A stretch of DNA of 64,000 nt from Pirellulales bacterium (GTDB lineage: Bacteria > Planctomycetota > Planctomycetia > Pirellulales > PALSA-1355), in assembly GCA_963733035.1 (NCBI GenBank), contig CAVTBU010000006.1, positions 992,001 through 1,056,000 of the forward strand, in the 5' to 3' direction. Below are positions 1 to 9,021 of this stretch, piece after piece; the first letter of the stretch is position 1, and the number at the start of each line of letters is the position of its first letter. The position numbers and the translations under genes were made by a program. The notes beneath the pieces were generated by a model. That model was not told the origin of the DNA. It did no database searches and saw only the letters and a program-made list of their open reading frames with translations.

Positions 1-1
1 A

Positions 2-868
2 GACGGTCGGCTGTCGCTGGACGACAAGATCGAAAAGTGGCTCGGCCAGGAGCCCTGGTTTAACGATCTGCCCAACGCGCACGAGATCACGATTCGCCAA
101 CTACTCATGCATCGTAGCGGGCTGGCAGATCACATCTACGACGCGAAGTGGATTGCCGCCGCCCGGCAGATGGTCCGCTCGCTCGACACCGATCCTGACT
201 ACTATTTCAAGCCCGACGAACTGGTTGGGTACATCCTCAACCGCAAGCCGCTTTTCCCGGCTGGCCAGAGATTCAAGTACACCGACACCGGCTATATCTT
301 GTTGGGATTGATCATTGAGCGCGCCGGCGGCGCGAGCTACTACGATCAGGTTCGACAGCGCTTTCTGGATCCGTTGAAACTCAAACTCACCGAGCCGGCC
401 GATCATCGCGATCTGCCGAACCTTGCCGCCGGCTACCTGTCGCCGAAGAATCCGTTTGGCCTTCCCGAGAAAATTACGGCCGGCGGCAAGCTACGATACA
501 ATCCGGCCACGGAATGGACCGGCGGAGGATTGGTCAGCAATCCGCGGGACCTGGCGGTGTGGGCCAAGACGCTGTATGAAGGCCGCGCATTGGAGAAACC
601 GTATCTCGACGAACTACTGGCCACCGATCCGCAAGACACGAAGAAGTCGAGCAAGTATGGGCTAGGCGTCTATATTACCAAGAGTCCGCTCGGCGTCAGC
701 TATGGTCACGGGGGATGGTCGGTCGGCTATTTGTCGCACGTCGACTATTACCCGGACCAGCGAGTGGCCGTGGCCGTGCAGACCAACTCGGATGTCCGCG
801 ACGACATGCTGGGCGACCTGATGGCGCTCATCAAGGACGTGCTCGACACCGTCGGCCAAGCGAACTAG
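2..868 (+). CDS. Serine hydrolase, beta-lactamase class C / D-Ala-D-Ala carboxypeptidase family (5'-truncated by window edge)
   Basis: Frame open from nt 2 (DGRLSLDDKIEKWL...ITIRQLLMHRSGL), FKYTDTGY (YxN-like), GGGLVS and YGHGG motifs. Confidence 0.9.
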   Translation, partial: DGRLSLDDKIEKWLGQEPWFNDLPNAHEITIRQLLMHRSGLADHIYDAKWIAAARQMVRSLDTDPDYYFKPDELVGYILNRKPLFPAGQRFKYTDTGYILLGLIIERAGGASYYDQVRQRFLDPLKLKLTEPADHRDLPNLAAGYLSPKNPFGLPEKITAGGKLRYNPATEWTGGGLVSNPRDLAVWAKTLYEGRALEKPYLDELLATDPQDTKKSSKYGLGVYITKSPLGVSYGHGGWSVGYLSHVDYYPDQRVAVAVQTNSDVRDDMLGDLMALIKDVLDTVGQAN

Positions 869-976
869 CCTTGGCGCGACTTTGCCTGGACCGGGTCGGT
901 GGTAGTGGTTCCCGCTGGAACCTGGCCTGGGTTGCCTCCGTCAACGCGCGTGTTCCCTGTTGGCCGTCGGCACGAA

Positions 977-1372
977 TCACGCGCTGTTGGTTGCTGGCGG
1001 GTTGGGGCGGTCGGCGAATTCCAGCCGGTTGCCGACGGGGTCGTGCGCGTAAAAGCGTCGGACCGGCGGAGCGGAGTGATCGTATTGAATGGAGTTGCCC
1101 CCTTTCGTCAGGCGTTCGGCCAGGGCATCGAGCGTGGGCACCAGGAAGCAGGGATGCGCCTTCTTGCTCGGGGTGAAATCCTCCTCCACGCCGAGGTGTA
1201 ATTGCCGACCATCGGCCAATCGAAACCAGAGCCCGCCGCGCGCTTTCAGCGGCGGCGGCTTTTCGATTTCGACCAGGCCAAGCAATTCGCCATAGAACGC
1301 GCGCAACAGCGGCTCGACCCGCGGCGGAATCGCGATCTGCACGTGGTCGAGACCGACGATCATCGTTTCCAT
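977..1372 (-). CDS. VOC/glyoxalase family protein
   Basis: LDHVQIA, RAFYGELLGL, KKAHPCF and RRFYAHDPVGNRLE motifs. Start may be 1363, 1372 or 1387. Confidence 0.9.
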   Translation of the reverse strand: METMIVGLDHVQIAIPPRVEPLLRAFYGELLGLVEIEKPPPLKARGGLWFRLADGRQLHLGVEEDFTPSKKAHPCFLVPTLDALAERLTKGGNSIQYDHSAPPVRRFYAHDPVGNRLEFADRPNPPATNSA

Positions 1373-1551
1373 GTTAGGCCTGCCCAACGGTGGTGATTCG
1401 CGGGGATTCTACCATGTTCTTGGGGCCAGCGGCGTTGCCTGCGGGTGACGGTTCCGTAGTGGCGTCTCAACGGGCGGCGGTATAAAATCAAAAGCGGGTT
1501 TTGTCCGTGAGGGTGTTCTTTTGATCAAAGTTACCTGGCGAGGAGCGATCG

Positions 1552-2610
1552 ATGGCGCGCATCTTCTCCTTCGCGGCGTTTCTGCTGGGGCTTTGCGCTG
1601 CTCCGCTGGCGCTTGGCGATGAGCCGATCGCGATTCCTGCGGCCACGATGCCGCAGGTCCACCAGACGGTCGACCGCGCGATCGGTTATTTGCAGACCGA
1701 AAGCGCCGCCTGGCTAAACACGCGTGGCTGCGCTGCATGTCATCACGTGCCGATGCCGCTTTGGGCGCTGAGCGAGGCCGAACGGCAAGGGTACGCGATC
1801 GACAAGCAGTTCGTCGCCAGCACGGCCGAATCGTTGCTGGGCAGCAAGGACAAGCTGATGTCCTCGAAGATCTTTCCCAATCCGGCAGATCCACCCGACC
1901 CGCGCCCACAGGGTCGAGGGCTGAATATGGGACTCCCGTTTCTGGCGGTCGCGGCGCGATCGTTGCCCGCGCTGAATGAGGGACAAAAGCAAAGCCTGCG
2001 GCTGATAACTGAGGAAATCGTCAAGAAGCAACAACCAGATGGTTCGTGGGAGTTTTTTTCCACGCTCCGCCGTCCGCCAATTAACGAAAGCCAGACTACC
2101 GACGCCGCCTGGATCATCATGGCACTCGCAGGGGAGACCGAACCCGACGCGCCGGAAGCACAGCGCGCGGCGCTCCAGAAAGCGATCGACTGGCTCGACG
2201 CTGCCAAGCCCTCCGGGCTCCATCAAGAGAAGGTCATGGAGGTTCTCTTGGGGGCTCACACCGCCGAGCCACGCGATACGATGCAAGCGACGATCGACGA
2301 GTTACTTGCCTTGCAACGCGCCGACGGTGGCTGGAGCCAGACCGTGCCAGAACCCAAGAGCGACGCTTTTGCCACCGGCCAGACGTTGTATGCCTTGTCG
2401 CTCGTCGGCTATACGGCCGAACGACCCGAAATTCAGCGTGGGATCGACTTCCTGGTTGCCACGCAAATGCCGGACGGCAGTTGGCCGATGGTTTCTCGAT
2501 CGACCCCTGATGGCTCACCGGGGAGTTCGAAGCTTTTGACGCCGATCAATTGCGCCGCCAGTTCCTGGGCCACACTCGGCCTGGCAAGACTTGTGCCGCG
2601 CGGAGATTGA
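1552..2610 (+). CDS. Secreted prenyltransferase/squalene-oxidase-repeat (alpha-alpha barrel) protein with CxxCH motif
   Basis: Signal peptide; QW-type repeats QQPDGSW, QRADGGW, QMPDGSW; CAACH at 1729-1743. Confidence 0.8.
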   Translation: MARIFSFAAFLLGLCAAPLALGDEPIAIPAATMPQVHQTVDRAIGYLQTESAAWLNTRGCAACHHVPMPLWALSEAERQGYAIDKQFVASTAESLLGSKDKLMSSKIFPNPADPPDPRPQGRGLNMGLPFLAVAARSLPALNEGQKQSLRLITEEIVKKQQPDGSWEFFSTLRRPPINESQTTDAAWIIMALAGETEPDAPEAQRAALQKAIDWLDAAKPSGLHQEKVMEVLLGAHTAEPRDTMQATIDELLALQRADGGWSQTVPEPKSDAFATGQTLYALSLVGYTAERPEIQRGIDFLVATQMPDGSWPMVSRSTPDGSPGSSKLLTPINCAASSWATLGLARLVPRGD

Positions 2611-2643
2611 CCGGACGCGCGTGTCGCGATGTGTCGTTACCGG

Positions 2644-3420
2644 TCAGTTCGTAGGCTTTCGCGCCACGGCGATCAACCTTTGGGCCTGCGGGTCGTAGGG
2701 GGTGCCTTCGAAGGTGCCGTAAAGCGCGACTTCGTTGAAGCCGACGCTGGCTAATAGCTCGCGGAACTCGCGGCCGGAGTAGATCCAGTGGCCAATGCGG
2801 AAGCTCTTGGTTCGGCCGCCAGCGATCAGGGTCCACTCGTCGTCGACGCGCGACCAGTCGTGGGTGATGCGGGTGCGGTTGACGAGGACACGGCCGTCAG
2901 CCAGCTCGGTCGAACGGGTCGGCTGATAGCGAGCGGCCAGGACTTCCTTGCCGAGGTGATCGAACACGAAGGTTCCGCCCGGCTTGAGGCTGTCGTACAG
3001 GTTCTGGAGCACGCGGCGGTTTTCGGCCGGATCGTCAAAGTAGCCGAACGACGTGAAGAGGTTGATTGCCAGATCGAAGCTTGCTGGCCGCACGAACTGA
3101 CGCATGTCCTCATGCACCCACTCGACCGTCGCGCCGGCCTGGCTTGCCCGGCGGCTGGCCTCGTCGAGCAGGAACTGCGTGCGATCGACGCCGGTCACTT
3201 CAAAGCCCGCCAGCGCAAAGGGCAGGGCGTAGCGTCCCGGCCCGCACGCCAGGTCGAGCAGACTTCCGCTTGAGATTCCCGTGAGCCCCGTGATCTGAGG
3301 GACGTGTTGGGCAGCGGCGGCGAATTGCTGCTCGGGGAACATGAACGGGAACATTTCGTTCCAGAAAGAGTCATCCTCGAACCAGGGGGCAGCGTCTGCG
3401 CTATTGGGCTTTGGACTCAT
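2644..3420 (-). CDS. Class I SAM-dependent methyltransferase
   Basis: LLDLACGPGR motif I, VTGVD, FDLAINLFTSFGYF, LKPGG. Confidence 0.9.
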   Translation of the reverse strand: MSPKPNSADAAPWFEDDSFWNEMFPFMFPEQQFAAAAQHVPQITGLTGISSGSLLDLACGPGRYALPFALAGFEVTGVDRTQFLLDEASRRASQAGATVEWVHEDMRQFVRPASFDLAINLFTSFGYFDDPAENRRVLQNLYDSLKPGGTFVFDHLGKEVLAARYQPTRSTELADGRVLVNRTRITHDWSRVDDEWTLIAGGRTKSFRIGHWIYSGREFRELLASVGFNEVALYGTFEGTPYDPQAQRLIAVARKPTN

Positions 3421-3516
3421 GGTACTGGGAGATGCGGGGCCTCACTGGACAACAGAATGCGGCTAGGGGAGTTGACACGATGGCCGGTCGGCAGGTTCGT
3501 GCGACGTCGCGACGGC

Positions 3517-4236
3517 TTACCGTGCGAGCTTGCTGCGTTGCGGAACTGCCGACTTCGAACGCACCTGCTCGAACACGAACAGCATTTCGCGGGCGATCTG
3601 CTGGCAGCGGGCATCGTAGGTGGCGGATTCTTGCTCGGTGCCGTCTGCCGATTTGGGATCGTCGTAGGGCAGGGCGATGCGTCGGGCGGCGCCTTGCACA
3701 ACCGGGCAGTTTTGGTCAGCGTCGCTGCACGTCATCACGGCGCAGAAGTTGCGCTGGGGATTGCCAGCGGTGCTGTAGATTTTGGAAAAGCAAACCAGCG
3801 GTGACACACCCTTACTAAAGCGGACCTGGTAGCGGGGATTGTTGCCGCCGTCCTCTACAGTAATGTCAAACCCGGCGCGGCGCAAGGCGGCGATGGCCCG
3901 CGGGTTGAACGCCGTGGCTTCGGTGCCGCCGGAAAAGGTTTCGACCGGCGAAACGCCATAGCGAGCGGCGGCGGCCGCGGCCCAGATTTGGGCCAACTGG
4001 CTGCGACGCGAATTGTGCGTGCAGATGAACGTCAACCGGGCTGGCTCGCCGGCGGCCACCCGACCGCGCACATATTCGGCCAACCCCGTCAGTTGCCGCT
4101 GGCGATCGAGGGGAATTGTTTCGAACTCGGCAATGCGGGCCTGCACGTAAGCATCGAGCGGCGGATTGAGCGGACGTGAGTCGCCAGCCGCGAGCGCGAC
4201 ACCGAGCAGCGCGAAAGTCGTCAGGAGGTGTGTCAT
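3517..4236 (-). CDS. Low-molecular-weight protein-tyrosine-phosphatase / ArsC-like protein with N-terminal signal peptide
   Basis: FICTHNSRRSQ P-loop, SGGTEATAFNPRA, MTCSDADQNCP, YDDPK. Confidence 0.85.
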   Translation of the reverse strand: MTHLLTTFALLGVALAAGDSRPLNPPLDAYVQARIAEFETIPLDRQRQLTGLAEYVRGRVAAGEPARLTFICTHNSRRSQLAQIWAAAAAARYGVSPVETFSGGTEATAFNPRAIAALRRAGFDITVEDGGNNPRYQVRFSKGVSPLVCFSKIYSTAGNPQRNFCAVMTCSDADQNCPVVQGAARRIALPYDDPKSADGTEQESATYDARCQQIAREMLFVFEQVRSKSAVPQRSKLAR

Positions 4237-4479
4237 GGAACTGGCCGGCGGGATTAAGAGAGTGCGCTCAGAATAGCTGTGGCGAGCGCGCCGGGCAAAT
4301 GGAGGTACGAGGGAGCGGAGAAGACTGGCCGCAGCGGCGAACTTGGCAGAGTTTGGCGATTGTACTGATCATTCCGGCCCCAAACGCCGAAACTGCATGA
4401 GACGGTCGCGGCGATGCGCAATCGAAACGGGCCGATAAAGTCAAATCTGTTAAGCCAGGAAGACTAAGGGGAAGCGGCG

Positions 4480-5487
4480 ATGCCTACCAGGTCACAGTTG
4501 GTGCTAGCAGTTTTTGCGCTATGCATGCTGGGTTTTCAGATGCGGGCCGAGGCCGAAGAATTCGCGGCGTTTGAGTACGAGACGCAAGAAGCCCCGGACT
4601 CGGCGTTTGAGTACGAGACTGAAGAAGCCGCGGGGCCGGAGGATGCGGCGGAGGAGGTGCTCGCCGGCGATGTGATGGACGGGGGCCTGATGCAGTGTTA
4701 CTCGCCGATGCCGGGCTTCTTTCTGGGATTGGGGGGTAGCTACAACTCGGTGCGGTTCGACCAGTATCTGTATGCCAGCGGTATTTCAAACGTCTACAGC
4801 GGCTCGACGCAAGTAGCCTATGGCGAAGCCGGCGGACCGGCCACGCCGTTTCTAAACACGCAGACGACGTTTGCTCCGACCGCGCAAGTGGGCTACCTGC
4901 GAGGTTGCAACTGTTGCAACTGGTTTTGGGGAACGAAGCTGGCCTACAAGTATCTGGGGCTGGTGTTCACCGATTCGAACATCAACTCGCCGCAGGTCGG
5001 AGCCTTTACGAACACAACGACGGACCCGAATTCGTTCACGGGGCACGTGATTGTGGGTTCGACGCAAACCACGGTGAATCACCAGCTGGCGCTGGTTCCG
5101 TTCTTCGGACGTTCGTTTGAGAGGGGCCGGGTGTATTTTGGCGCCGGTCCGGTCGTGTTTGGCACCAACACCCAAATCTACAACGCGACCGGCTTTGCCG
5201 ATATCAACGGAACCCACGTCGACATCACCGGAACCCCGGTGAATTTTTCAGACTCGACTTGGATGTGGGGCACGGTTGGACAAGTTGGTTTGATGTACTA
5301 CTTGTCTCCGACCTGGTTTCTCGATCTGAGCTACGACGTCGCCGTGACCGCGCGGTATACGAAACACAATTCGTCGCTCTTTTCGACCACAACGGATGGA
5401 TATACGGATGCGGGCACGTTGTTCGTCAACCCGACGCAGCAGATCACCGCGCAGTCGATTGCCCTGACAATCAATCGGATGTATTAG
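4480..5487 (+). CDS. Putative outer-membrane beta-barrel protein
   Basis: Signal peptide, acidic linker, amphipathic aromatic-rich strands, C-terminal aromatic residue (LTINRMY). Confidence 0.65.
   Translation: MPTRSQLVLAVFALCMLGFQMRAEAEEFAAFEYETQEAPDSAFEYETEEAAGPEDAAEEVLAGDVMDGGLMQCYSPMPGFFLGLGGSYNSVRFDQYLYASGISNVYSGSTQVAYGEAGGPATPFLNTQTTFAPTAQVGYLRGCNCCNWFWGTKLAYKYLGLVFTDSNINSPQVGAFTNTTTDPNSFTGHVIVGSTQTTVNHQLALVPFFGRSFERGRVYFGAGPVVFGTNTQIYNATGFADINGTHVDITGTPVNFSDSTWMWGTVGQVGLMYYLSPTWFLDLSYDVAVTARYTKHNSSLFSTTTDGYTDAGTLFVNPTQQITAQSIALTINRMY
4565..4629 (+). repeat. 36-bp-period tandem duplication inside a CDS (AFEYETxEA x2)
   Basis: cggcgtttgagtacgagac is identical at 4565 and 4601, each followed by NNaagaagcc. 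Confidence 0.9.
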
Positions 5488-5579
5488 GGATTCGATCGTC
5501 GAGTCGGGCGACGGCCGCGCGTCGCAGGGCGAAGCTGACACCACGGCTGCAAATCCAGGGCATGGGTAAGGGGCTTGCA

Positions 5580-7007
5580 ATGCGAATCTGGCTGAGCGTG
5601 ATGTTGGCGGTGACATTGCTCGGCGGGGTCCGCGCGCGGGCGGGCGGCGAGGGCTTACAGCGCGCGGCTGGCGCGCCGATAGCGCTGTCGGTGGCCAGCG
5701 ATGAAGCGGGCCGAACGGGCGACGACTTTAACTCGGACGGCGCAGCGAGCGAAACGGAAGAGACGGATTCCGCCGGCGACGACGATCCGTTCCAGACGCA
5801 GGGTTATCTGCAGATGGAGGACGTGGAGGCGGAGGAGGTTGAGCCGAACGAGGGCCTCGAGCCGTTGGATCTGTTTGAACCAATTGACACCACAGGCGGG
5901 GAGGAATTCTTCGAGCCTGGCGGAGTTGGTCCGGCCGTCGGCGGATATGCGCTGGCGGTGGGTGTGCCGAACATGCGCCCTGGCTTTCGATTTCAGGCCG
6001 GACTGTTGTATCTGCAGCCCAGCGCCGACAACCTGGGCTGGGGCATTCTGACGACCGAGCACAACTACGCGTCGCCCTACCCGTTGGCCACGCCGCTGTG
6101 GAACGTCAAAACGCTTCAGCCGGGTTACCAGCCGGGCTTCGAACTGGGAACCGGTTATACGTTTGCCGGCACGGGGCGCGACGCGCAGCTCAACTGGCAG
6201 CACTTGCGCACCAATACGTATGACTCCGGCGTAGCGGGAGACGGGCAGTGGATCTCGCCGTTCTCGCAAACCGGTCCGCCCACGGCCGACACGTACGACG
6301 AGTTGAATTCCAACTCGGGCGTGAACAAATTGCGGTCGGCCAACGCGCAAGTCAAGTTTTCGTATGACGCGGTGAACCTCGACTTCGGCCAGTATGTAAA
6401 CGTCGGCCAGCGGCTGCTGTTCCGACTGTTTGCCGGGTTGAGTTATGCGCAGCTGCGCGAGCAACTCAATTCGACGTTCTATGGCGTCGAGCCTTCGCCG
6501 ACGGCACCGTTTCCAGAAAACACGCAGCTTTCGATCGCGCTGAATAACACGACCAGCTTTTGGGGCGTTGGACCACGATTTGGCTTCGACAGTTCCTACC
6601 TGACAAAACGCGGGCTGCGACTGACGGGGCAATTGGCCGGGGCGGCGCTCATCGGCCAGACGCAGCCGGCGCAGTACCAATTTGCAGCCACGTCGCCCGA
6701 CCTGGCGCTCCTCGGCATCGCCGTCAACCGCGAGTATGTCGCCAGCAGCGCTTTCTCGCACGTGGTCTACGCCGCCAACGCCAAGCTGGGCATCGGCTAT
6801 ACTCGCGTCCTGCGGGGCGGATCGGTGTTCACCTTCGACACCGGCTACCTGGCGGCTATCTATTTCAACCCGTTCGCCGGCTATGAGACGAACGAGAACA
6901 TCCTGGCACTGCAGATCGGTTCCCTTTCCAGCGGCAGCATCCGGCACATTCAGCAGAGCAACTTTTCGCTCAACGGGTTCTATTTGAACGCCGGATTGAA
7001 CTGGTGA
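5580..7007 (+). CDS. Outer-membrane porin-like beta-barrel (Legionella MOMP/Lpg1974-like)
   Basis: Signal peptide from ATG 5580, long acidic linker, LYLQPSADNL, PGFELGTGY, YDAVNLDFGQ, FWGVGPRFG, C-terminal GFYLNAGLNW. Confidence 0.7.
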   Translation: MRIWLSVMLAVTLLGGVRARAGGEGLQRAAGAPIALSVASDEAGRTGDDFNSDGAASETEETDSAGDDDPFQTQGYLQMEDVEAEEVEPNEGLEPLDLFEPIDTTGGEEFFEPGGVGPAVGGYALAVGVPNMRPGFRFQAGLLYLQPSADNLGWGILTTEHNYASPYPLATPLWNVKTLQPGYQPGFELGTGYTFAGTGRDAQLNWQHLRTNTYDSGVAGDGQWISPFSQTGPPTADTYDELNSNSGVNKLRSANAQVKFSYDAVNLDFGQYVNVGQRLLFRLFAGLSYAQLREQLNSTFYGVEPSPTAPFPENTQLSIALNNTTSFWGVGPRFGFDSSYLTKRGLRLTGQLAGAALIGQTQPAQYQFAATSPDLALLGIAVNREYVASSAFSHVVYAANAKLGIGYTRVLRGGSVFTFDTGYLAAIYFNPFAGYETNENILALQIGSLSSGSIRHIQQSNFSLNGFYLNAGLNW

Positions 7008-7185
7008 ACCGTGGCGCGCCTACTGCTTGTAGCGGGCCTGGGTCGGTGGCGAGCAGAACTCGACCGTGTGGCCGGCTGGATCGGGCGTATAGGCGTGGCG
7101 CCATCGCCCGGGCATGTCGTGCGGCGGCTAGCCGGAAAACATGGGTCGTCTCGCCTCGTTTGCGCTATCGGGCCGCCGATTGCCG

Positions 7186-8636
7186 TCATGGGGGACTGAC
7201 GGCGCGGGTGCGCATTTCGTCGGTTTTGAACGGTTTGAGGCCCGTTACCTCGCGACGGTTGTCGGTGGTGGGAAACACATCCCACAGGTTGTCGTTGGCG
7301 CTGACGCCAATCTCCAGGTTGCCGGTCGTCAAGTACGTCGTCTTGGCGACGAAGTCGGTGCCGTTGCCGCGGTCGAAACGAAGCACGATCGGATAGTTTG
7401 ACCGTAGCGTACGTGCGCCACCGGCCGGAACGATCAAGTCGTCGCCGCGAAAGATGAAATTGAACTGCTGGTTACTTTGTGAATTATCGAGCACCAGCTC
7501 GAAGTGCTGACGATAGAGCTGCCAACCGAGCTCAGTGGGCGTGAAGTAATAGGTGCCGGGCGTCAACGTATATGCGGCCTGGCCGAACTGGGCGCCGCGG
7601 TCGTACTCGATGAGCCAATTACGGCCGTCTGGAAGTGGCGGCAGTTTTTGCGACATGCCCGGCTCCGCGACATAGTGCGTGCCGTCGATGTTGTAATTGA
7701 TGGTACCGGTTGAACTCGAGGGATTCACCAGCAGCACGCCTTCGCTGACTTCCGCGCCTTCCGCTTCGGCCAGCGGCGTTCCACTAACCAGCGGCAGTCC
7801 CAACGCTTGGGCCGCGTTGCCGGTGTCGATTTCCAGCGGGCCGTCACCCTGGCGGCCGATGAGCACCGCGTGGTCGCCCAGCACGATGGCCGTACCGACG
7901 GGCATCGTGGGATCAAAAATCATCGTCACGTCGCCGCCCGTCGGAAGCTTGGCCGTGGGGCCCTTGGCCGGGATGGCGTTTTCGATGATCTTACGCGCTG
8001 CCACCCAATCTTCGAGCGTAGCGACCTCGGACGACAGGTCGGAGACCGCCGGCGTGGACCCGGCGATCTTACCGAGCGCGGCGTCGAAAGCCTCGACGTC
8101 TTGCGCAGCGCCGCCTTGTTCTTGCCAGCATCTTGCACAAGTTGCGTCATCAAGTGCTTGACGTCAGTTTGTCGAGCGGCCTGTTCGGCGCCGGCCGTGT
8201 CTTGCGGGTTGCCTTTGACCCAGGTTTCATAGACCGCCGTTGGATCGCCAGCCCGCAACGCGCTGACCAGCGCTTGTTGGTCCTCTGCCTTCCAGCCGGT
8301 GGTCTTGGTAAGGACCGCCAACTCGTCGGGCAGGATAGTTTTGAGCTTGTCGCGCAGATCGGCAACCTGGTTGGAAATGTGCCGGTCGATGTTCGACAGC
8401 GCCGTGGTCTGGGCGTCGGCCGAAAGCGGCACCGGCTTGATAATCTTGTTCGTCATCGCGACCGGCTTATTCGGCTCGAAGGTGTTCGGTCGCACCGCGG
8501 CGTTGGCGCGCGACGGCTCCGGACCAAACCGCGGCGGGGCGGCGGGTTGCGCCGTGGCGCTCGTGGACAACAGAAAGACAGCCAACGGCGCAGCGATCGC
8601 GAATAGAACGGCGGTTCGGAAAAAAGGGCGAAGCAT
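7186..8636 (-). CDS. Secreted hypothetical protein, split by a frameshift at ~8105
   Basis: ORF 7926..8636 (signal peptide) continues after a 1-nt shift as QDVEAFDAALGKIAG...WVAARKIIENAIP into ORF 7186..8004. Confidence 0.7.
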
Positions 8637-9021
8637 GGCAATATCCCCCCGCAGAAATTGGAGTTGCGACCGGCGTCGCCGCGCGGCCTGGAGAATCTTT
8701 CACGTCGCGTAGAGACCATTAAGACGATTGACAAAATCTCTGCGCAGCAAATTGCATTCCAAGTGCCAGACGCGGCGATGGAGAGGTTGCCCCGACCAAT
8801 TTATTGGATGCCCGCTTGCCCGCGCGATTTCACGGCGATCATCGTGGGCGTGGGGCTGGCCAATTGCGACTGTGTCGCGGTTAGACGCTTACGACAATGC
8901 AAAGCACCAGCATTGCACGCGGTGCTGGTCAGTGGAGGAGGGCGGAGAAAGTAGGCAGGCATGTCATGCACGGAATGCATGATCTAGGTGACGGGGAAAC
9001 GGGAGGCAAAGCTCCCGGTCC

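Noticed and set aside
2644..4236. ArsC-like gene plus methyltransferase as an arsenic methylation (arsM) operon
   Set aside because: The methyltransferase lacks the multiple conserved cysteines of ArsM, and no arsR or efflux gene is present.
5655..6947. Long antisense/alternate-frame ORFs (also 9445..10539, 20499..21641, 35458..36822, 53281..54447)
   Set aside because: Shadow ORFs of real genes in high-GC DNA; Arg/Ala/Pro-rich with no motifs.
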